IMG/VR virus record: IMGVR_UViG_3300008255_000111
Coordinates: 40,953-104,952 of that record
Origin: a virus
Length of the DNA stretch: 64,000 bases
Direction: 5' to 3' (one strand)
The stretch's first letter is position 1; the number at the start of each line of letters is the position of its first letter. The position numbers and the translations under genes were made by a program. A model generated the notes under the pieces. It worked only from the letters and a program-made list of their open reading frames with translations. It was not told where the DNA came from and did no database searches. This document shows, in pieces, positions 18,022-27,291 of this stretch.

Positions 18022-19338
18022 TTAGTGTTTGATGATCAAGCCATTCATGGCGCGCGAGTAGGCGACGTACAGCAGCCTCGCCCTCATGTTGAGGTCGTAG
18101 CGCGTGGTGCCCATGATGTCGCTGTAATCCACAGCGCAATATTTAAAGCTGGAGCCTTGGCTCTTGTGGACCGTGCAGGCGAAGGGCGGCTTGAGCCACG
18201 CGAACTGCTCCTTGAGCGCGTAAAAGTCCTTCCAGTTGCGCTTCTTGATCGCCTTAGCTTTGAGTTGCGCGAGGGCCTTGTTGTAGGCGCCCATGTCCTC
18301 GGGCGCGACGGTCAAGACTTGGCAGGTGCTTCCATCATCAGCTTTGAGGCTCAGCTTCCAGACCGAGGCTGTGAAGTCAGGGCTGTGGAAGGGGCTGCGC
18401 TCAGCTTCCATGACCTCGACCTGCTGCTCGTTATACAGGACGATCGAGTCATTAACGACATACGACTCATTGGCCACAAGGCGCTCACCGACCAAGTAGT
18501 CTTCCACGTCGCCGCCGTATAGCTCACGGCGCACGACCCTGTTGAGCGCGTCAACTGTCCTGTTCGTGTATGCGATGATCTTCACGTCCTCACCAGCTCG
18601 CACAAGCTCCATGACGCGATCTTTAAAGGGTGCGCCTTTGTGCAGCTCGACGAAGGACTCAGGCGTCCCTCCAGCTCCAGGCAGCATATTCCTGTCCAAG
18701 ACGTTATCAATGAGCGCGTTGCGGGGCATGGCCACGGCGTCGCTGATGATGCCGTCATAGCGCATGATCTGACTTAGGGTTTTGCTCTCCACGTCGAATG
18801 ACTCGGAAAGCTCCATGCTGTCACTTACCGGGGGGAGCTGAAGCGGATCGCCCATGCAAATGACCTTGGTGCCATAAGCGGCGGCTGCGTCGGTGATGTG
18901 TGTCCACAGCTTAGTGTCAAGCATCGAGCACTCATCCACGACAAGCACCCTGAAGTTATGGACCTTGACGGCCCGGTGATTGACCTCAAAGGTCATCTCA
19001 CCAGAGGTCTTGTTCTTGGCGGGGCGAAGCCCTAGCAGGCTGTGGACGGTGTTATATTCTGGCGTCCACGACGTACTGGCTAGCTTCTTTCCATCGATGA
19101 GCGAGGTGGAGCCGAGCGCTTCTGCCTTACTGCCCATGCCAGCGAGCACGCCCACCGCTTTATGCGTCGGAGCGGTCATCGCCATAGAGACAGTAGGGAA
19201 CTCTCTAAGGACCGCTGCCACGGTGGCGCTTTTGCCTGTGCCAGCGTAACCGAAGACGCCGACGAACTTCTGGGCCGGATCTAGCATAAACTCCTGAAGG
19301 CGGAGCGCCGCCCCAAGCTGATCTGGGTTGAGCTTCAT
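18022..19338 (-). CDS. dda: Dda/RecD-like SF1B DNA helicase
   Basis: GYAGTGKS, TAPTHKAV, VVDECSM, GDPLQLPPV, TVHKSQGSSF and LLYVAYSRA. Confidence 0.92.
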   Translation of the reverse strand: MKLNPDQLGAALRLQEFMLDPAQKFVGVFGYAGTGKSATVAAVLREFPTVSMAMTAPTHKAVGVLAGMGSKAEALGSTSLIDGKKLASTSWTPEYNTVHSLLGLRPAKNKTSGEMTFEVNHRAVKVHNFRVLVVDECSMLDTKLWTHITDAAAAYGTKVICMGDPLQLPPVSDSMELSESFDVESKTLSQIMRYDGIISDAVAMPRNALIDNVLDRNMLPGAGGTPESFVELHKGAPFKDRVMELVRAGEDVKIIAYTNRTVDALNRVVRRELYGGDVEDYLVGERLVANESYVVNDSIVLYNEQQVEVMEAERSPFHSPDFTASVWKLSLKADDGSTCQVLTVAPEDMGAYNKALAQLKAKAIKKRNWKDFYALKEQFAWLKPPFACTVHKSQGSSFKYCAVDYSDIMGTTRYDLNMRARLLYVAYSRAMNGLIIKH

Positions 19339-19352
19339 TTAAACTCCATGAG

Positions 19353-19368
19353 CTGCAATCGATTGCAG
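19353..19368. repeat. 16-bp palindrome, copy 5
   Basis: Exact match, 14 nt upstream of the helicase ATG. Confidence 0.95.
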
Positions 19369-19546
19369 TCGAGTCAATCCCTGCGTGACATTTAAGATGC
19401 CAAGCAGGTTGTGTTGAGGGGCCGCAAGAGCGCGGCAGATGACATGAGTAGACTGGCAGGTAACTGACCAGAGGCAAGTGTGTTTTTCAAAAAAACACGC
19501 CCCTATGGTGAAAAAACAAGAGGCGGACAAGCCGCCTTTCCATCAT

Positions 19547-20551
19547 CTAAGCTAACAGGGGCGATGAACGCTCACTTGGAGGCGCGAGGTCTAAAGCTCC
19601 AAGCATATACCTGTCAATGAGATAGCCGTACTTCCAGAACTTCTTGAGCGTGGCCACCATGAACGCTCGGGCGGGCAGCGGGGATAGGTGACTGATAGCA
19701 ACCATCTGCATCACAGCAGACAGCAACGCTTGACTCGACGAGCCCGTCTCAAACTGGCTGCGTGGGCGAAAGCCAGCCTCGGGCGGCACGATCATGTTGT
19801 TCTCGGCCACCTCTTTCTCGAAGATCATTGCCACGATCTCAGCGGCGAACCAGCCCACCGCGTTGCCTTCAAGGTGGTCGATGTTCTCCATCAGGAACCA
19901 ATGGCCTTCCAACTTATCTGGAAGCGCTCCTGATGGTGTAGGGATGAGCTGGATCAGATCGCCTCCAGTGAGATACTGGCGCTCAATATGCTCCGAGCTG
20001 TTGAACATGCGCGAGGTGCGATCGTCGCCTTCTTGGCTGATGTAGAAGACGGGATTCTCAGTCACCTGCACAGCCTCAACCTTAAGGCGGACGGTCGGAA
20101 AGGCGCTATGACCGGGCTTGTGTGGGGGCCAGTTGATCAGCTCACACCATTCAAAGCGTGCCTCGCCAAAGATCACGCCGATCGGCACGCCAAGCGCGAC
20201 AGGACAGTGAAAGTCGCCAAGCGACTCGGTGAGCTTGATGCGCTCGCGACCGAGATTCAACACCTCTCCAGGCTTCAGGCTGTTATGGCGAGTTCTCCAC
20301 CACACGCCTGAGTGCCTGTCGTCACCAGTGAAGGGCGGGGCCGTCTCCAAGAACGCTTGCTTACCTTTCGCAAGCTCCTCAAAGCAAGCAAGCTCCTCGG
20401 CTGTTGGTGGTGTGGGGTAGAGCTTCTTGGTTGAGTGGTTGACGATCTCAAGCTCGTCAACAACCCCTCGCGCGAGCAAGTAAGAGGCGATCGGGCTGAG
20501 GCGCAAGCCTTGCTTGGGAAACGTGGCCAAAGGCGGGTTAGAAGCGCTCAT
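19547..20551 (-). CDS. hypothetical protein
   Basis: Track ORF 19547..20614; likely start MSASN at 20551. Confidence 0.7.
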   Translation of the reverse strand: MSASNPPLATFPKQGLRLSPIASYLLARGVVDELEIVNHSTKKLYPTPPTAEELACFEELAKGKQAFLETAPPFTGDDRHSGVWWRTRHNSLKPGEVLNLGRERIKLTESLGDFHCPVALGVPIGVIFGEARFEWCELINWPPHKPGHSAFPTVRLKVEAVQVTENPVFYISQEGDDRTSRMFNSSEHIERQYLTGGDLIQLIPTPSGALPDKLEGHWFLMENIDHLEGNAVGWFAAEIVAMIFEKEVAENNMIVPPEAGFRPRSQFETGSSSQALLSAVMQMVAISHLSPLPARAFMVATLKKFWKYGYLIDRYMLGALDLAPPSERSSPLLA

Positions 20552-20579
20552 GTCTTTGTCCTTAGAGGTGATAAGGGCG

Positions 20580-21473
20580 TTAAGTGGGAACGACACCGCG
20601 CTCCCAATTGACAATGAAAAAGGTGGTGCTGACAGCGTTGCGAACGTAAAGCCACGATTGATCTATTGGATCAATGAGAAGATCAAGCGGGTTCTTACCG
20701 GGGAAGCTGGGGGAGGCGCCTTGTGGCGCAGTCTTAAACCAAATGCTTGGTCCGAGATCAAGATCAATACTGCTGTTAATGTTGGCAGCCGACATCATGA
20801 TACCACGCGTGGGACGCAAAGTGCCATCCACACTTGTAGACATTCCAGTAGAAGGGAACGAAGCAAACGCCTGATACCATTGGGCGACACCACCCTCATC
20901 AAGACCCCTGATTCGACTCCCGTTGGTTTGAGTGGTCGTGTTGAACCAACAATTGGTGCCGCTGCTTGCGGGCGCGCCAACAAGAACAGCGTGACCATCT
21001 ATACCCCTAAGCTCGTCGCCATCCTCCATTGGATTGAACAACTTGCCAACCATGATGCCGCTCGGAAGTAACGATTTGCCTGGGTCTTGAAAGAGGACTG
21101 CGATGGCGCTGTCATACTCGCAGACAAAGAACCTCGTTGAGATCGACGGGAAAGAGCCGCCAGACCTGCACTCGGGCGACATGTTGGCAGATCCTGTCGG
21201 CTCGGTTGAAGCATCACCTGCGCTGTCAATCGAGCTATCTGGATCGAGCACAGCTCCAAGCTGAGTCGTGCCAACCCTCCTTATGGCGATGTGACTGATA
21301 GAGTCTGCTTTTGCTCGGATCGCAAGCGACTCACCAGCGACAGGTGGTGCGCCTGGGACAAGCTCCCATCTCCCTGGAGCAGTCGTAAAGTGAGCGATGA
21401 GCGCGGCCATCACATCTGACAGCGCAGTCGTGGCCGCATCAAGCGTGTAAGTCTTTGTGTCACTGTATCCCAT
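20580..21473 (-). CDS. hypothetical protein, possibly virion-associated
   Basis: 297-aa Gly/Ser/Thr-rich ORF with a GAGG RBS. Confidence 0.7.
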   Translation of the reverse strand: MGYSDTKTYTLDAATTALSDVMAALIAHFTTAPGRWELVPGAPPVAGESLAIRAKADSISHIAIRRVGTTQLGAVLDPDSSIDSAGDASTEPTGSANMSPECRSGGSFPSISTRFFVCEYDSAIAVLFQDPGKSLLPSGIMVGKLFNPMEDGDELRGIDGHAVLVGAPASSGTNCWFNTTTQTNGSRIRGLDEGGVAQWYQAFASFPSTGMSTSVDGTLRPTRGIMMSAANINSSIDLDLGPSIWFKTAPQGASPSFPGKNPLDLLIDPIDQSWLYVRNAVSTTFFIVNWERGVVPT

Positions 21474-21500
21474 ACCTCTCGCCTCTCATTGGTGAGCGTT

Positions 21501-21764
21501 TCAACTAAAGTCCAGCGAGGACTCAGGCAGCTTGGTCGTCGTGGGTTCGCCAGAAGCGAGCACGGCGCTTGCTCCTGCGTTGACAACAGATGACTCAAAG
21601 CCTCGGGCGATCCTATCGGGATAGACCGCGATCACCACAACCCCTTCAAGCTCACCAAAGGGAACAGGCCCGGCATAATCGTCCCCATCAGGGTCAAACC
21701 CGCGCGACTGCCAGTTGTAGTAGGTGTTGCTTATTGCGTGATAGCCCCTGTTCGTCGCTGCCAT
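21501..21764 (-). CDS. hypothetical protein
   Basis: Start MAATN after a GAGGTG RBS. Confidence 0.6.
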   Translation of the reverse strand: MAATNRGYHAISNTYYNWQSRGFDPDGDDYAGPVPFGELEGVVVIAVYPDRIARGFESSVVNAGASAVLASGEPTTTKLPESSLDFS

Positions 21765-21776
21765 ATTCACCTCTCG

Positions 21777-21792
21777 CTGCAATCGATTGCAG
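21777..21792. repeat. 16-bp palindrome, copy 6
   Basis: Exact match. Confidence 0.95.
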
Positions 21793-21820
21793 TTGGAGCA
21801 TAAGGCATCCCTAAGAACTG

Positions 21821-21847
21821 AGAAAGCCCTAGTGGCATACTAGGGCT
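21821..21847 (-). terminator. putative terminator hairpin
   Basis: AGCCCTAGT-GGCAT-ACTAGGGCT; the stem is nearly identical to the one at 7027. Confidence 0.5.
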
Positions 21848-21865
21848 CTCACTGGTCAATCTAGG

Positions 21866-22063
21866 TCAGTTGGGCGAGGGTGCGATCGGCATGTCGTCAA
21901 AGAACTTGTCCTCACCCTCATCGTAGGCGAAGACGATCTTAGCGCACTCGACGTTTGATCCTAAGACCTTGAGCTGGTCGATGATGGCAGCTCGTTCCTC
22001 GTCACTAGGGCGCCTGGAGACTTCGACTGTGAGCGTGAGCGAGAGAATAGGGTTATCGGTCAT
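21866..22063 (-). CDS. hypothetical protein
   Basis: 65-aa ORF. Confidence 0.55.
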   Translation of the reverse strand: MTDNPILSLTLTVEVSRRPSDEERAAIIDQLKVLGSNVECAKIVFAYDEGEDKFFDDMPIAPSPN

Positions 22064-22128
22064 GTTTGAACCTGCGATGCAAGAGAAGGGGCACTAGGCC
22101 CCTTCTAGCTGAAGTTATGGATGATGTA

Positions 22129-22578
22129 TTAGATCGACTGGCGCTCGGCCAGCTCGGCTGCGCCCTTGGGGCCGATGCCGCGCATGACACTATCGTAGGA
22201 GGTCAGGGGGCGCCCCGTCACGGGGCAGAAGAACTTGACCTTGACCTCGATGCCAGCAGCGCGAGCAGCGGGGATGGCGTTGATCAACTTGGCATATTTG
22301 CGCAGCTTGCCGCCCTCGGGCAAGCGCTTGAATGGATGGATGCGCCCGTCGCTGCCGCAGACAGCGAAGGGGTGCATCTTGCCATTAGTGACCTTCCACA
22401 AGAAGGGCACGTCTGCGCCGTCTGCGTGGAAGATCCTGAACTCGCGCAGCTCACCCGTCTTGGGGTTGAACAAGACGATCTGGGCGTCGTGCTTGGCGGG
22501 ATCAAGCAGCTCAGGGAATGCGCTAAAGTTGGCGGTGTCGATCGAGGAAGAAATCATGGCGTCGATGATGGTTTTCAT
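22129..22578 (-). CDS. DUF6011-like protein
   Basis: C-terminal CPVTGRPLTSYDSVMRGIGP matches the GRxLTxxxSxxRGIGP pattern; Cys ligands are partly lost. Confidence 0.65.
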   Translation of the reverse strand: MKTIIDAMISSSIDTANFSAFPELLDPAKHDAQIVLFNPKTGELREFRIFHADGADVPFLWKVTNGKMHPFAVCGSDGRIHPFKRLPEGGKLRKYAKLINAIPAARAAGIEVKVKFFCPVTGRPLTSYDSVMRGIGPKGAAELAERQSI

Positions 22579-22662
22579 GGGGTGTTCTCTTTTGTGTGTC
22601 CGCCGTCATTTGGCGGGGTGCGTTGAGATGTGAGCGGCTTCGTTGCCGCCCGTCATGTTTTA

Positions 22663-22690
22663 AACATCGCATCGACTAGACTGAGCGCAA
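22663..22690 (-). promoter_or_regulatory. promoter-like TTGCGC-N16-GATGTT
   Basis: Spacer shares AGTCTAGT with the 3115 motif. Confidence 0.4.
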
Positions 22691-22744
22691 GGGGTTTTTG
22701 TCGATTTTCCTTAAAAAAAGACAACTTGCGCTCATTTTGATGCC

Positions 22745-23053
22745 CTATAAAGGCTGCGGCTCCTCGGGCTCGTCAGGATGATGCCTATCCCATTCAAGCG
22801 CTAAGCGGCTGAGCGGGATCATGACCTTGTGAGGCATATCTGAGCGAACGCCTACAACATAGAGCGTGCCCGCTTTACCTTCGCGCTTAATGTCGGAGGC
22901 CCTAAAGGTTACGTCGCCCCTAGACCACACTGAGCGCGCTAAGCGCTCCTCCTCTTTTTTACGCGACTTCATGCGCTCCATGCCGACTCGGCTGGAGAGC
23001 ATAAGCGCTCCAAGCATCCCCATGTCAAAGGGTGGCGAATCTTGACCTCTCAT
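22745..23053 (-). CDS. hypothetical protein
   Basis: 102-aa ORF with a GAGGTG RBS. Confidence 0.6.
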   Translation of the reverse strand: MRGQDSPPFDMGMLGALMLSSRVGMERMKSRKKEEERLARSVWSRGDVTFRASDIKREGKAGTLYVVGVRSDMPHKVMIPLSRLALEWDRHHPDEPEEPQPL

Positions 23054-23063
23054 CGTTCACCTC

Positions 23064-23099
23064 AAAAGAAAGGCGGTAGCCCTTGGGGGCTACCGCCTT
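23064..23099 (-). terminator. putative intrinsic terminator
   Basis: AAGGCGGTAGCCC-TTGG-GGGCTACCGCCTT followed by TCTTTT on the minus strand. Confidence 0.65.
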
Positions 23100-23107
23100 G
23101 TTCATAT

Positions 23108-23335
23108 TCAAGCCTGGGGGCCTGACCTCCCAGACGCCATTAAAGATGCGACGTATCCTGCTTTTGTGCGCCACGTCGCCAAGCACACCTCACACTTCAC
23201 TGACGAGTAGTCTGATGGTGTGCGGTGGTATCCGTTAAAGGCGGATCGGTTATGCTTAAAGCGAACCACGATCCAACGGCGCTGCTCTAAGGGTTTGGCT
23301 CGCTCATCGCAGCGACAGTAGACGCCGCCGCTCAT
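23108..23335 (-). CDS. small Cys-containing protein
   Basis: CRC...CEVC; coupled to its neighbour. Confidence 0.6.
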   Translation of the reverse strand: MSGGVYCRCDERAKPLEQRRWIVVRFKHNRSAFNGYHRTPSDYSSVKCEVCLATWRTKAGYVASLMASGRSGPQA

Positions 23336-23604
23336 TCTTCTTCTTCTTCTTCTTCTGCTTCTTCTCTAAGCTCAGCCTCGATCTCAAACAAGCGCTCAGC
23401 CACCTCTTGGCCACACGTCTCATAACTCTCGCCTGGATCGAGCGACATCTGAGGCGTGAACTTGTACTCGCGGTGGGCGAAGACAATATCACCATCATCA
23501 TTGAGCTTAGCCCAGACCTCGGTTCCGCACGGCACTGGACCATCGACTTTGAAAGGCTTGAAGCCCTTCTCCATTAAACGACTTTCTTCTAGTGATGAGA
23601 TCAT
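23332..23604 (-). CDS. hypothetical protein with poly-Glu tail
   Basis: Likely start MISSL at 23604; ends in a GAA run. Confidence 0.6.
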   Translation of the reverse strand: MISSLEESRLMEKGFKPFKVDGPVPCGTEVWAKLNDDGDIVFAHREYKFTPQMSLDPGESYETCGQEVAERLFEIEAELREEAEEEEEEE

Positions 23605-23662
23605 CTCAACGTCCTCACTTGGGGTAGGCGCCCGAACAAGGTCAGGCAGGGTTGGGGGGGGA

Positions 23663-23944
23663 CTATGCAAGGCCAACGTCAAGCATGATCTGCTTGACGA
23701 CGCCTTTGAGCCATTCATCTGCCAGCTCACAGGCTTTGTCGATCGGCCCGTCATCATCCATGATCACTGTGCTCTGGATGGTGCCGCTCACCGTCTTCCA
23801 GTGAGCGCGCAGATGATACTGGTTTGAGTAGGGCTTTGTGACCCTTATGATTGAGAGCCATTGACCAGCGTTGATCAAGCGACGTTCGGCGGGCTCTCTC
23901 AAGTCGCCTGTTTTGGTCCATCCAGCGGGCAGCTTATCAGCCAT
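23663..23944 (-). CDS. hypothetical protein
   Basis: 93-aa ORF. Confidence 0.6.
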   Translation of the reverse strand: MADKLPAGWTKTGDLREPAERRLINAGQWLSIIRVTKPYSNQYHLRAHWKTVSGTIQSTVIMDDDGPIDKACELADEWLKGVVKQIMLDVGLA

Positions 23945-23996
23945 GACATTCTCGCTCTGGGGGCGCAGGGCGCTTTGTGCGCCCTGCTTTGTGGGA

Positions 23997-24752
23997 TTAG
24001 GCGTCGAGCACGACTAGGGCGGTGTTGACCTTGGTGCCGCTCTCTTTGAATGAGTCGGGAGGCAGCATGAGCGCGTCTCCATTCTCATTGATCAGGGCGC
24101 TAAGCTCAGCGTAAGCGCCTGTGGTCCTGAACAAGACCCCTGCGCTGGCCACTGAGATCAATCGCCCCCCTTCCTTCAGGAAGCGGCGGGCGTGCAAAAT
24201 GTGCTTGGCGTCATGGCTTTTCGAGAAGGGCGGGTTCATGAAGATCAAATCGAAGCCAGAGAACTCGTCGGGCTCGACTTCAAGGAAGTCAGCCTTGATC
24301 TGGAGGTCAGTGAGCGCGCTGCTGAGGTTGCACCTACCCTCGTCAACCTCGATGCCGACGATCGTGGCGTCTGGGCAAGCTGCGCGCAGAGCTTTGACCA
24401 AGGCTCCATCACCCGAGCTTGGCTCAAGCACATGGATACAACCTGCGCGCAGGCCATCGGGGATGGCGTTGATCATCTGGGCCTGGACCGCAGCGGGCGT
24501 CGGGAAGTAGCCCATATCCTGCCGGGTCGTGACTTCGCCCGTGTTGAAGACCGACTCCAGGGCGTCTGCGAGCGCTTCTGCGCTGTCAAACAGGTGCGCT
24601 TTGCGCGTCCTGTTCCATTTGCCGCCCATCGCTTCGATGACCTTGTTGAGCGCGAGGTAATCCTTGCGCTCAAGCTGCTCAGTGATCCTGAGCTGTGGGC
24701 CGATGACATTTCCGTTATTGAGCTGAGCGAGCTGTGCTTCTGTGACTTTCAT
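23997..24752 (-). CDS. N6-adenine DNA methyltransferase (phage type)
   Basis: YFPTP, VLEPSSGDG (motif I), MNPPF (motif IV) and FKESGTKVNT. Confidence 0.88.
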   Translation of the reverse strand: MKVTEAQLAQLNNGNVIGPQLRITEQLERKDYLALNKVIEAMGGKWNRTRKAHLFDSAEALADALESVFNTGEVTTRQDMGYFPTPAAVQAQMINAIPDGLRAGCIHVLEPSSGDGALVKALRAACPDATIVGIEVDEGRCNLSSALTDLQIKADFLEVEPDEFSGFDLIFMNPPFSKSHDAKHILHARRFLKEGGRLISVASAGVLFRTTGAYAELSALINENGDALMLPPDSFKESGTKVNTALVVLDA

Positions 24753-25091
24753 GCGGGTGTTCCTATCGGGTTGAGCCCTCCTTTATTTGGAGGGGTAAGG
24801 GGAGGTTTGGGCGGGGGCTGTGGTTTCTGGCGAAAGCAACCACAGCCCCCTGGCCGTTCATTTGCAACCAAGCAGCAAACCAAGTGGACCAACTTCGATG
24901 CTCACCGCCTGAACGGCGTACAAACGGAGCGCGGCGCATCTTGCAGCGGTTACAACGCCAACGCTGCTGGGCTTGTTTGATTCGGTTCGCGGGGTGCCGC
25001 TGACAAGAACAAGACTCGCAGCTACATCGCCAATGGCAAGAGAAAAACAACTCACGTCGTCGTTTTTTTGCGAGACGTAAGACCTGTCATC

Positions 25092-26171
25092 TTAATCGGA
25101 TGACTTCGCCCATTGGTCAATGCCTGTGTGGCCCATGAAATAGTTTCTGTACTCGTCCAGAAAGCATTGGTGGAACATCGGCTCGATCTCATCACAGATC
25201 GTCATCAACTCAGTAACATTGTCAGCGTTCGCAAAGCTGGCCAGGATTCGATCCTTGAACGTGATCGCACCCAAGATCATGTGGATCACTAGACAGTTCA
25301 AGAGGTCAGGGAAAGAGGGGGAGCGACTGCTGTTCAAATTCCTTAACAGGTTCGTCGCCTCGATCGAACGAGTGATCGAGAGGTCATCAGAAAAGAACAG
25401 ATGGTGCTCCTTTGATTCAGGGAACGAGACTGAGTATGTCTGGAACAAGGCGAGCCTGTGGACACTTTCGTGTGAATTAAAGTCTGATGGAGGGTCAGGC
25501 AGCATCATGGTGAAGGTCGTATGGAGATCGCTATGTGTGGTCTGCCTCCAAATGGCTCGACTTGTAGCAGCAGCGCCCTTCTCATTGAACAGCAAGTTAT
25601 TCAGCAGATTCAAAGCCTCTGGGTTGTCCTTTGCTCGCTCGCAAATGCGAACACTAAGCCTAAACAGCGCTGAGATCACCACATGAAGGAACGGCGCAAA
25701 CTCAAAAGGACGCCGTACCTCGTGGATACGATTTACCACAGCCACCTTGGTGTCCATCGTTGTCGTAGAGTAGTTGCGCCTTTCGATCAGAAAGCCTTTC
25801 AAGGATTCGAGAAGACCCTCGCGGGCCGCCCTGCTCCAGAACAGCTCGACAATCTCCACATTGGGAGCTTCTTGAAAGTCTCGCTGGTGACGATGCCACG
25901 CCAAGAAGTCATTGTTTCGGCGCCTGATGTGGTCAAAGTCACAAGGGCCACATTCATTGTTGCACACGAAGATGCCGTCAAAGCGCTGCTTTGCCAAAGC
26001 GCTTGAGCCGAAGATATAGTCGCGAAGCTCAGCTCCATACCCTGAGCTTTTGTCCATCGCATTGTCGATCAGGCGCGAAAGATCCCTCACGCCTTTATCC
26101 AAGACAAGCGGGTCGCTCTTACCCTTGAGGTTGGCGAGGATTGAGCGTGCTTCACCATAAAAGTCAGACAT
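25092..26171 (-). CDS. hypothetical protein
   Basis: 359-aa ORF with its own promoter and palindrome upstream. Confidence 0.75.
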   Translation of the reverse strand: MSDFYGEARSILANLKGKSDPLVLDKGVRDLSRLIDNAMDKSSGYGAELRDYIFGSSALAKQRFDGIFVCNNECGPCDFDHIRRRNNDFLAWHRHQRDFQEAPNVEIVELFWSRAAREGLLESLKGFLIERRNYSTTTMDTKVAVVNRIHEVRRPFEFAPFLHVVISALFRLSVRICERAKDNPEALNLLNNLLFNEKGAAATSRAIWRQTTHSDLHTTFTMMLPDPPSDFNSHESVHRLALFQTYSVSFPESKEHHLFFSDDLSITRSIEATNLLRNLNSSRSPSFPDLLNCLVIHMILGAITFKDRILASFANADNVTELMTICDEIEPMFHQCFLDEYRNYFMGHTGIDQWAKSSD

Positions 26172-26201
26172 GAGCTGGCCTTAAGTTGAAAAGGGGAGTC
26201 A

Positions 26202-26217
26202 CTGCAATCGATTGCAG
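26202..26217. repeat. 16-bp palindrome, copy 7
   Basis: Exact match, lying between the promoter and the ATG. Confidence 0.95.
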
Positions 26218-26239
26218 CCTCCAGTTAATGACAAGACAA

Positions 26240-26267
26240 ACCATACCCTTGACAAGCCAACGGTCAA
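26240..26267 (-). promoter_or_regulatory. sigma70-like promoter TTGACC-N16-TATGGT
   Basis: Near-consensus hexamers in an intergenic gap. Confidence 0.55.
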
Positions 26268-26288
26268 CGCATTTGAGCGCGTCGTGCC

Positions 26289-27260
26289 TTAATAACACCT
26301 GCCGCAGTTGAAGACGTTGACCCTTTTGGGAACTGGGCGAACGAAACCCCTTAGTCGAGCATAAAACTCCTCTAAGAAGTGGTGGTGAAAGACGATGGGC
26401 GTCAACAAGCTGATCGCATTGAGAGTGAGCATGTTGGCATTTCCAATGTCAGTGACAATATCGGGATCGTAATGCCCTGGGACTTTTGCCAGCTCCCCTT
26501 TCAGGATAGAAGGCAGATCAACGGCTCTCTGGAGCACTTTTGACAATCCTGTAAACGGCAGGTTGCTCGGGTCAGCTTCTCCGTCAACATCCTGAACCTC
26601 TGGACGGTCCAAGTCATACAGAAGCTCAGATGGTGGCCGCTTATGCGAATCAGCACGTTGAAACATCTCGGGGCGCGCCATGTAGTAGCTCAAAGCCCCA
26701 TACACAAAGTACAGCCGTAGAGGCCAACGGTCGCGCCAGTCAGGAGGTAGATCGGCCTCGCGCCCTTTGAATATCTGCTCACTATAAGCATAGGCGTCAT
26801 TGGCGATCTTGCGATCGATGCTTGAGCTGAGCTGATACATGGTCGCTTCAAGCACCTCGTGGAATGAGAGGTCGGCTGTCACGTTTCCAAGGAAGTCTGT
26901 AAGCGTCGCGCGCGTCTGCCTGTCCTCAACCATGTAGTAAAGACTAGAGCGCTCTCGCACATTAACTATCGAGTGTAGCATCCCTGGCCCCTGCAACAGC
27001 ATCGAGCGGTGGCCTGGGCGATGAAGGTTGATCTGGCTGAGTAGGTCTTGCTTAAGCTGCCTGTGACTCGCCAAGAACGAGTAGATGGCTTCGACATCTG
27101 CCCCGCCTTTACTTTCAAGCATTCTGAGCTGAGCGTTAAGGTGCTCATAGAGCATGGACAGGTTGCTCAAGTTCCGGCCTGCCGACACGATTTCATGTAC
27201 GGTGGAGCGCACGTCACCGAACGTCACGACTGACATAAACATCTCCCTTGGTGATGCCAT
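26289..27260 (-). CDS. hypothetical protein
   Basis: 323-aa ORF. Confidence 0.75.
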   Translation of the reverse strand: MASPREMFMSVVTFGDVRSTVHEIVSAGRNLSNLSMLYEHLNAQLRMLESKGGADVEAIYSFLASHRQLKQDLLSQINLHRPGHRSMLLQGPGMLHSIVNVRERSSLYYMVEDRQTRATLTDFLGNVTADLSFHEVLEATMYQLSSSIDRKIANDAYAYSEQIFKGREADLPPDWRDRWPLRLYFVYGALSYYMARPEMFQRADSHKRPPSELLYDLDRPEVQDVDGEADPSNLPFTGLSKVLQRAVDLPSILKGELAKVPGHYDPDIVTDIGNANMLTLNAISLLTPIVFHHHFLEEFYARLRGFVRPVPKRVNVFNCGRCY

Positions 27261-27275
27261 GAATGAAACAGGCTA

Positions 27276-27291
27276 CTGCAATCGATTGCAG
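27276..27291. repeat. 16-bp palindrome, copy 8 (extends to 32 bp, 27268-27299)
   Basis: Exact match; flanks ACAGGCTA/TAGCCTGT. Confidence 0.95.

Noticed and set aside
23335-23365. (TTC)n run as a contingency microsatellite
   Set aside because: It simply encodes the poly-Glu tail of the ORF, and triplet changes would not shift the frame.
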